Source of the DNA: a virus
Lineage: Duplodnaviria > Caudoviricetes
Reading direction: 5' to 3' (one strand)
DNA length: 50,516 nt
Virus record (IMG/VR): IMGVR_UViG_3300032132_000765
Coordinates: 1 to 50,516 of that record
Part shown: piece by piece, positions 44,491-50,516 of the stretch
How positions within the stretch are numbered: position 1 is the first letter of the stretch
Layout of the letters: every line of letters begins with the position of its first letter
Notes under the pieces: generated by a model
Databases searched by the model: none
Seen by the model: the letters and a program-made list of their open reading frames with translations, nothing else
Told to the model about the DNA's origin: nothing
Translations under genes and position numbers: made by a program

Positions 44491-44931
44491 ATGAATTACA
44501 TAAACAACTGGCAGTACGAACTGACCGCCGGGCTCAGCCCTGCCCAAGCTACCTTGCCGCTCCCTGCTGGGGCCATCAGTCGCCTGGCCTTGGTGGAGGG
44601 CGCCGAATACCTGCTCACGCTGTCCGCAACTCTAAACCCCACGACGCCCGGCGAAACCGAAATCATCCGCCTGACCGGGCACGCTGACGGGTACAGCATC
44701 GCGCGCGGCCAGGAGGGGACGCTCGAAGCGTACTGGCCGGCGGGCACGCTCATTTGGTGCGCCATCACTGCCGGCGCGCTTGCTGACGTTTTCACCCAGC
44801 TGGCAGCGCTCGCCGCGCGCGTCGAGGCGCTTGAGAGCGGGGGCAGCGACCTGCCGGCCAATGCGCTGATCGATAGCGACGGCAGGGCGCTTACCGACGA
44901 CCAAGGCAACCATCTCATCTACGGAGCTTAA
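44491..44931 (+). CDS. Tail-associated hypothetical protein
   Basis: EII...IARGQEGT...WPAGT...ITAG motif. Confidence 0.7.
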   Translation: MNYINNWQYELTAGLSPAQATLPLPAGAISRLALVEGAEYLLTLSATLNPTTPGETEIIRLTGHADGYSIARGQEGTLEAYWPAGTLIWCAITAGALADVFTQLAALAARVEALESGGSDLPANALIDSDGRALTDDQGNHLIYGA

Positions 44932-44933
44932 AT

Positions 44934-45233
44934 ATGTCGAGCGTTGAGCATGTACTATCCGGCGCGGGCGCGCCCACCGATGCCCCTCCCAGCGTGGCGG
45001 CCCACTATGTCGACACGGCCACCGGGCACCATTACATCTCCACCGGTACCAGCTCACCCGCCGACTGGCAGCCTCAGTTGCGCGTCTACCTGAGCGACGG
45101 ACAGCCGCCGTGGCCGACCGGCCCGGCGATGGGGTTCGATGCCACCTATCCCGGAAAGGTTTGGGTGAGCCGGTTTTATCTGGACCCCAACGACAACCCC
45201 TATTGGGAGTGGGCCGAGCTGCCGCTCAGCTGA
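44934..45233 (+). CDS. Hypothetical protein
   Basis: RBS GGAG; GAPTDAPPSVAAHYVDT. Confidence 0.7.
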   Translation: MSSVEHVLSGAGAPTDAPPSVAAHYVDTATGHHYISTGTSSPADWQPQLRVYLSDGQPPWPTGPAMGFDATYPGKVWVSRFYLDPNDNPYWEWAELPLS

Positions 45234-45249
45234 TAGTCCGCCGCCCCGC

Positions 45250-45271
45250 GCCCACTCCGGTGGGCTTTTTT
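45250..45271 (+). terminator. Terminator-like hairpin
   Basis: GCCCAC-TCCG-GTGGGC-TTTTTT. Confidence 0.7.
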
Positions 45272-45286
45272 ACGCCCGGAGCAACC

Positions 45287-45862
45287 ATGCAGCCAGCAAA
45301 ACTCGATCTGCACATCGTGCAGGGCTCGACCCTGCGCGACACCCTGCGGCTGATGCAGCCGCGCTATGAATACCGGCCGATCACCGCGCTCGGCGGCTCG
45401 CCATTGCGCCTCACCGTAGACCACGGGCTGCCGGGCAACTGGCTGGCATGGGTTCAGGGTGTCAGCAATATGCAGGGCGTCAACCGCTCGCCGCGCGAAA
45501 ATCCGCACCGCGTCACCGTGGTGGACGAGGCCACCTTGGAGATCAACGCACTCTCTGCGTTCGGCCTCAACCCCAGCGGCGGGCAGCTGATCTACAAGCC
45601 CCCGGTGGACTTGGCCGGCGCCACCGCTCGCATGCAAATCCGCGCGCAGATAGGCGGGGCAGTGCTGCTCGAGCTGACCACTCCCAACGGCGGGCTGGTC
45701 ATCACTGGCCCCGGAACGATCACGCGAACCATCAGCGCTGCGCAAACCGCCGCCCTCACCTGGACCGATGGCGTGTATGACCTCGAGGTCGAGTATGCAG
45801 ACGGCACCGTTCAGCGCTACCTGCAGGGAGCCGTCACCGTCAGTCGTGAGGTGACCACATGA
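45287..45862 (+). CDS. Tail fibre adaptor (BppU-like)
   Basis: PVDLAGATARMQIR...GVYDLEV...LQGAVTVSREVT. Confidence 0.7.
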   Translation: MQPAKLDLHIVQGSTLRDTLRLMQPRYEYRPITALGGSPLRLTVDHGLPGNWLAWVQGVSNMQGVNRSPRENPHRVTVVDEATLEINALSAFGLNPSGGQLIYKPPVDLAGATARMQIRAQIGGAVLLELTTPNGGLVITGPGTITRTISAAQTAALTWTDGVYDLEVEYADGTVQRYLQGAVTVSREVTT

Positions 45863-46116
45863 GCACCGTAGCAATTTGCGGTGACCCCGAGGTGCTGGTC
45901 ATTGAGGCTGGCACCGAATATGCCGTCGGCCTCGAGCCGGACGCTGAGACGGTCGTCGTCATGGCGGGCGAGCAGGGGCCGCCCGGCGTCAATTCCGCAA
46001 CGGGCGACTTCTTCCAGGTTGGCAACCGCTTCTCCGAGCTCACGACCGAGCAAGCCAAGGCCGAGGCGCGCGCCAACCTCGACCTGCAAACCATCGACGG
46101 CGGCACCTTCAATTAA
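45859..46116 (+). CDS. Tail-fibre-associated small protein
   Basis: GEQGPPG, ARANL, ends IDGGTF. Confidence 0.7.
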   Translation: MSTVAICGDPEVLVIEAGTEYAVGLEPDAETVVVMAGEQGPPGVNSATGDFFQVGNRFSELTTEQAKAEARANLDLQTIDGGTFN

Positions 46117-46128
46117 GGAATCACACCC

Positions 46129-46587
46129 ATGGCAACACGTCTTCAGCTGAAACGCGGCATCAAGGCCAACCTGCCCACCTCCGGGATGCTGTCCGGCGAG
46201 CCGATGGTCACCACTGACCGCGGAACTCTGCACGTCGCGACCGACGCCACAACGAAGCTGCCAGTCGTTCCGGCTATCGATGACTTGGCAACCCTTGCCG
46301 CGGTCGATGGCGCAACCGACCTCCTGATCATTCACGACGCCAGTGAGGCGGCCGGGCAGAAGGAGAAGAAGCTCACCTTCAACGCATTCAAGACCGCGCT
46401 GAACATTCCAGAAGGGACTGCGGATGAAAAGGTCGCCGTAGTGGCGGGCGGGACTTCTGGCTACCTGTGGGGAACCGATGGCACCGACGGCGTGCTTCGC
46501 ATGAACGCCTCGATGGCAATGACCAAAGACGCCAGCAATGGCTTCGTCACCCTAGCTGTCGAGCTGGTTGACGGCGGCACCTTCTAA
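46129..46587 (+). CDS. Tail-fibre-associated protein
   Basis: RLQLKRG...GEP N-terminus, ends VDGGTF. Confidence 0.72.
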   Translation: MATRLQLKRGIKANLPTSGMLSGEPMVTTDRGTLHVATDATTKLPVVPAIDDLATLAAVDGATDLLIIHDASEAAGQKEKKLTFNAFKTALNIPEGTADEKVAVVAGGTSGYLWGTDGTDGVLRMNASMAMTKDASNGFVTLAVELVDGGTF

Positions 46588-46608
46588 TCTCGCTCGGAGC
46601 CCATCAAT

Positions 46609-48213
46609 ATGGCGCGCGTACTCACCAAGAAGTCGACCGTCCCTGGCAAAGTGCCTCTGGCGGCCGACCTCGAAATTGGCGAACTGGCGGTCAATACCGC
46701 CGACGCCAAGCTATACACCAAGCACAGCGACAACACCGTCAAGCAGCTGGGCATTGCGACAAACGACAGCCGCCTCACCGACGCCCGCGAGTGGACGGCA
46801 TCGACCGTCACCCAGGCTGAAGCCGAAGCCGGAACCGCCACGACCCGCCGCGCCTGGACCGCTCAGCGCGTGTTCCAGGCGATCGCTGCCTGGTGGGCTG
46901 CCAGCGCGATGAAGACCAAGCTGGACGGCATCGCTGCCGGGGCTACGGCCAACGCAACGGATGCCCAGCTGCGCGACCGGGCCACCCATACCGGCACCCA
47001 GGCGATTAGCACCGTGTCCGGCCTGCAAACGGCTCTCGATGGGAAGCTGGCGACCAGCGCCCGCGGAGTTGCCAATGGCGTCGCCTCGCTCGACGCCAAC
47101 GGCCTCATCCCGCCTATGCAGCTGCCGAGCTACGTCGATGACGTGCTCGAGTACGCAGCGACGAGCAACTTCCCGGCTACTGGCGAGACCGGAAAAATTT
47201 ACATTGCCATCAACGGCGCGAGTGCTGCGGACCCGACCAAACAGTACCGCTGGACTGGTACCGCCTACAGCGAAATCACCTCGTCACCAGGCAGCACGGA
47301 CGCTGTGCCGGAAGGCACTGGCAACCTCTACTTTACCGCCGCTAGGGTGCGCAGCACTGTGCTGACCGGGCTCAGCCTGGCCAGCTCTGCAGCGGTGGCT
47401 GCGTCGGACAGCGTGCTGGCAGCGTTCGGAAAGTTGCAGGCGCAGCTTGGGCTGAAAGCTCCGCTGGACTCGCCTGCGCTAACGGGCAACCCAACTGCGC
47501 CGACGCCAGCTACTACCGACAACGACACGTCTATTGCGACCACGGCGTTCGTCCGGGCGGCGATGGGGTTGTTTGGGGTGGGTAAGGAGGGTAGTACTTA
47601 TCTGGCAACGCCTTCTGCAACTAGCGGCGTAGATTCAACTACAGACTGGAACACTATTACGTCGCCTGGCTGGTGGCATAAGTTACTAGGCACAACGAAC
47701 CCCAATAATCCGGGCGGTGGCACGTCATTCTGGTACTGTCTGGTACTAGAGTACGGCGGCACCAGCAACTGCACCCAGCTCGCTATTTCGTATGGAACTG
47801 GATCAAATGCAGGCACATTGAAGTGGCGCACGCGCTACGGCGGAACTTGGTTTGCTTGGCAAGACGTCTGGCACACCGGCAACTTCGACCCCGCAACCAA
47901 GCAGGACAAGTCCACGCTCATCACAACGGCCACCAGCCGCACGCTGGCCCTGACTGACGCGTGGAACTACGTGCGCCCAGGCACGACTGGCGCCATTACG
48001 CTGACAGTGCCAACAAACGCATCCGTGGCGTTTGACTACGGCACCGAGATCACCATCAGGGCATCGGGGAACATCACGCTGGCCGCTGCGACTGGCGTCA
48101 CGCTGAACGCTCCGTCTGGCGGCACGCTCAGCATGACTGCTCGCATGACCGTGACGCTCAAGAAAGTCGGCGCGAACGAATGGGACGTGATCGGCCAAAC
48201 GGTGGCAGCATGA
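46609..48213 (+). CDS. Tail fibre protein
   Basis: GELAVNTAD, GVASLDANG, SPALTGNPTAPT, IATTAFV, knob-like domain, WHTGNFDP. Confidence 0.88.
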   Translation: MARVLTKKSTVPGKVPLAADLEIGELAVNTADAKLYTKHSDNTVKQLGIATNDSRLTDAREWTASTVTQAEAEAGTATTRRAWTAQRVFQAIAAWWAASAMKTKLDGIAAGATANATDAQLRDRATHTGTQAISTVSGLQTALDGKLATSARGVANGVASLDANGLIPPMQLPSYVDDVLEYAATSNFPATGETGKIYIAINGASAADPTKQYRWTGTAYSEITSSPGSTDAVPEGTGNLYFTAARVRSTVLTGLSLASSAAVAASDSVLAAFGKLQAQLGLKAPLDSPALTGNPTAPTPATTDNDTSIATTAFVRAAMGLFGVGKEGSTYLATPSATSGVDSTTDWNTITSPGWWHKLLGTTNPNNPGGGTSFWYCLVLEYGGTSNCTQLAISYGTGSNAGTLKWRTRYGGTWFAWQDVWHTGNFDPATKQDKSTLITTATSRTLALTDAWNYVRPGTTGAITLTVPTNASVAFDYGTEITIRASGNITLAAATGVTLNAPSGGTLSMTARMTVTLKKVGANEWDVIGQTVAA

Positions 48214-48632
48214 TGCCCGGTGTAGTGGCGACCTTTCCGAGAAAGGCTGAAACCCCAGGGGAGTACGTGATAACACGTGGCACCAATGAATTCGGTTACT
48301 CGGGGTATTCGGGTTACTCGGGCAACGTCTCTGACGGCCCGTTCGGCAGCTCGCACCCACCCAAGCCAAGCGCAGACCCCATGTCCACGGGCGGGAGCGA
48401 GACAGCCGGGGAGCTGATGGCGGTTTACTGGTCTGAGGGGCAGTTATCTGTATTGGTTCGTGGCGTGTCTAGCGAGGCGGGGATACCGTTCAGCACGATG
48501 ACAATCGGTTCAGCTGCGTTTTCCAAAAGCGCCGCAACAAGTTTCGCCAGTTATGGCGCCTACAGTCGCCTCAACTTCAACGCGACACAGAACCCTTTTT
48601 CCAGCGCGAGCGTAACCCTGAAGTTCACGTGA
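48210..48632 (+). CDS. Tail-fibre tip or associated protein
   Basis: MMPGVVA start coupled by ATGA to the fibre gene. Confidence 0.65.
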   Translation: MMPGVVATFPRKAETPGEYVITRGTNEFGYSGYSGYSGNVSDGPFGSSHPPKPSADPMSTGGSETAGELMAVYWSEGQLSVLVRGVSSEAGIPFSTMTIGSAAFSKSAATSFASYGAYSRLNFNATQNPFSSASVTLKFT

Positions 48633-48729
48633 CGCAGGCTAGGCGGCAAAAACCGCTACTGCCGTCACGCCGACTGCACGCCAGCGGTGCGAAACTGAAT
48701 CCCCCGTCCATGCAAAAAGGAATTTGCTC

Positions 48730-48873
48730 ATGCCCGCACTCGGCCGCATTTTAATCGCGTTCGGCCTTGGAGCAGCGCTCCTGTTCGGAGGCTACTGGGC
48801 CGGCGCCCAGCAGGGGATGCGTGTAGCCGAAACACCTGTCATTTTCGCCGAAGACTGTGCGCCCCCGATCTGA
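48730..48873 (+). CDS. Small single-TM protein (47 aa)
   Basis: Hand translation MPALGRILIAFGLGAALLFGGYWAGAQQG...; RBS AAGGA. Confidence 0.55.
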   Translation: MPALGRILIAFGLGAALLFGGYWAGAQQGMRVAETPVIFAEDCAPPI

Positions 48874-48936
48874 TTAACCATTCGCTATATCGCCCGCTCT
48901 CGCGCTGCTGCCTGCGCGCCATACAAAGGAGTGACC

Positions 48937-49377
48937 ATGCAAACATCACAAAGAGGCATCGACCTCATCAAGCGGTTCGAGGGGCTGCGGCTTACCGCGT
49001 ATCCAGACCCCTCAACCGGTGGCGATCCCTGGACAATCGGGTACGGCACAACGCGAGGCGTTCGGCCCGGCATGACCATCACATCAGCTCTAGCTGAAGA
49101 AATGCTGCGCGCCGATCTGGAGCGGTTCGAGAACGCCATCGGTCGACTGGTCACTGCGCGGCTCTGCCAGCACCAACTGGATGCGCTAGTGAGCCTGACC
49201 TACAACATTGGCGAGGGCGCGCTTCGTGACTCGACGCTGCTGCGCAAGCTCAATGCGGGCGACTACGTCGGCGCCGCAGCTCAGTTCGAGCGATGGGTCA
49301 ATGCCGGCGGAAAGATCATGCCTGGACTGGTCAAGCGCCGTGCTGCCGAGCGGGCCTTGTTTGAGGATGCGGCATGA
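48937..49377 (+). CDS. Endolysin (GH24 lysozyme)
   Basis: GIDLIKRFEGLRLTAYPD...WTIGYG...GLVKRRAAE. Confidence 0.95.
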   Translation: MQTSQRGIDLIKRFEGLRLTAYPDPSTGGDPWTIGYGTTRGVRPGMTITSALAEEMLRADLERFENAIGRLVTARLCQHQLDALVSLTYNIGEGALRDSTLLRKLNAGDYVGAAAQFERWVNAGGKIMPGLVKRRAAERALFEDAA

Positions 49378-49859
49378 CCTGGCTAAAGCTGCTCCCGTCG
49401 TGGCTCTGGTGGCTGTCTGCGCTGCTCATTGTCGGCGGGGTGCAGCAGTACCGCGTCATGGATGCCAAGGGCGAGCTATCTGATGCGCGCCTTGAATGGT
49501 CCGAAACCGCACGCCAAGCCGAAGCGCAAGCCCGAACGGAAGAACAACGTCGCCAAGTCGCAGTCGAGGGAATACGCCGTGACGCACAGGAAAAGATCGC
49601 CGCTGTTGCCGCTGATGCTGCTGCCGCTGATGACGCTGCTAGCCGGCTGCGCGCACGAGTCGCCCAGCTATCACGCAGACCCGCCAGCTGTGCCGGTTCT
49701 GCCGGTGGAGGGGATGCAGCCGACCCCGCCAGAGATCTGCTTGCCGTCATGCTCAGCCGGATTGATGCGGCTGCGGGAGGAATTGCTGAATTTGCCGATC
49801 GCAGCCGAGCGGCAGGACTGACCTGCCAGCGATCGTATGGAGCAGTGAGGGGGAATTAG
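49374..49859 (+). CDS. Rz-like i-spanin
   Basis: N-terminal TM, coiled coil, AGLTCQRSY end. Confidence 0.85.
   Translation: MTWLKLLPSWLWWLSALLIVGGVQQYRVMDAKGELSDARLEWSETARQAEAQARTEEQRRQVAVEGIRRDAQEKIAAVAADAAAADDAASRLRARVAQLSRRPASCAGSAGGGDAADPARDLLAVMLSRIDAAAGGIAEFADRSRAAGLTCQRSYGAVRGN
49579..49821 (+). CDS. Rz1-like o-spanin lipoprotein nested in Rz
   Basis: GTG start with GAGGGA; lipobox LAGC; Pro-rich. Confidence 0.82.
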   Translation: MTHRKRSPLLPLMLLPLMTLLAGCAHESPSYHADPPAVPVLPVEGMQPTPPEICLPSCSAGLMRLREELLNLPIAAERQD

Positions 49860-49911
49860 AGTTGCCCGGACGGGCTGAGATAGGGGGAATTCCTTCCCCA
49901 AAACGCAAATG

Positions 49912-49924
49912 TAAGTGTTTGATT
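49912..49924 (-). promoter_or_regulatory. IHF-binding consensus in the att arm
   Basis: AATCAAACACTTA fits WATCAANNNNTTR. Confidence 0.6.
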
Positions 49925-49994
49925 CTATTTGCGCGGGAGATTGCGCAAAAGAGCGGATTTCTTAGCGTGTGAAATGGCCGAAAGCCGTGCGGCA

Positions 49995-50072
49995 CTAGGC
50001 GTTGAGCCTGATCCGTGCGGCGTCCCAGGCTTTGATTCCGTATAGGCACAACCGCTGATCTGATTCGGACAT
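49995..50072 (-). pseudogene. 5' stub of a host ArsC/YffB-family gene cut at the right att site
   Basis: GGAG-ATG then MSESDQRLCLYGIKA followed by WDAARIRLNA-stop; LYGIKA(C) is the ArsC/YffB N-terminal motif. Confidence 0.68.
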
Positions 50073-50186
50073 AAACGACTCTCCAAGGCTCCTGCAAAAC
50101 TGGACGGCGGATTATGCCACGCCTCGCCGGGCTATGGAGGCGAGCATGCCTATCGAGCTGCGTTGCGCCGCGAATGACGCGCAACC

Positions 50187-50516
50187 TCAGGCCTTTCCCG
50201 CCTCGCCCAGCGCCTGTGCGATGGCCTGCTCGTTTTGCGGACGTACGACACGCGCTAGCTCCTGGCCGTTCTCCAGCAGGATCAGCGTCGGCCAGAGCTT
50301 GACCCGGAACGAACGTCCTAGCGGGCGCCCCGGGCCGTCCTCGATCTTCAGATGAGAAATGCCGCTGCGCTTAGCCAGGGCCTTTGCCAGCAGCGGCTGA
50401 GCCGCTCGGCAATGGCCGCACCAGGCGGTGCCGAACTCCAGCAGCACGGGGCCTTCCAGCGCGTCCACTTCGGCGCGGCTCGGTTCGATGTTCGCGTAGT
50501 GTTCGGTCATTTCCAC
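50187..50516 (-). CDS. Thioredoxin-family protein (host)
   Basis: WCGHC active site and LWPTL cis-Pro motif. Confidence 0.92.
   Translation of the reverse strand: MEMTEHYANIEPSRAEVDALEGPVLLEFGTAWCGHCRAAQPLLAKALAKRSGISHLKIEDGPGRPLGRSFRVKLWPTLILLENGQELARVVRPQNEQAIAQALGEAGKA

Larger units (their letters stand above)
1..50042. mobile_element. Lambda-like prophage (left att lies outside or at the window edge)
   Basis: Complete lambdoid gene order from integrase/xis through immunity, replication, cos, head, tail and lysis; host thioredoxin gene follows on the right. Confidence 0.97.

Noticed and set aside
42986..48632. Diversity-generating retroelement or invertible tail-fibre switch
   Set aside because: No reverse transcriptase, invertase, template/variable repeat pair or flanking inverted repeats seen

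Overview
The window is a nearly complete lambda-like temperate prophage (siphovirus organisation) in a GC-rich gammaproteobacterial host that looks Pseudomonas/Stutzerimonas-like. Only the last ~470 bp are host DNA. Order: integrase-excisionase; a long leftward early operon with ssb/exonuclease/ERF recombination genes and many accessory genes; pL; an SOS-boxed small gene; two genes in the rexAB position; cI/cro with operators; a cII-like gene; an iteron-containing replication initiator and DnaB; the nin region; Q; holin-like genes; a lambda-like cos; terminase, portal, protease, decoration protein and capsid; a tail with a four-gene moron island and a -1 frameshift chaperone; tape measure, tail tip and fibre; endolysin with Rz/Rz1. 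The right att appears to interrupt the 5' end of a host ArsC/YffB-family gene, next to a thioredoxin gene. Most notable: (1) a direct-repeat-bounded, translationally coupled pair of a VUT/YhhQ-like transporter and a TGT/DpdA-like transglycosylase (candidate salvage-type 7-deazaguanine modification module); (2) a gene built as an in-frame repeat-spacer array that ends in a DfrB/R67-type dihydrofolate reductase domain; (3) a two-gene candidate defence operon behind cI; (4) six free-standing homing-endonuclease-like genes, three of which carry footprints of the genes they invaded. Family names come from motif recognition by eye, not from database searches.
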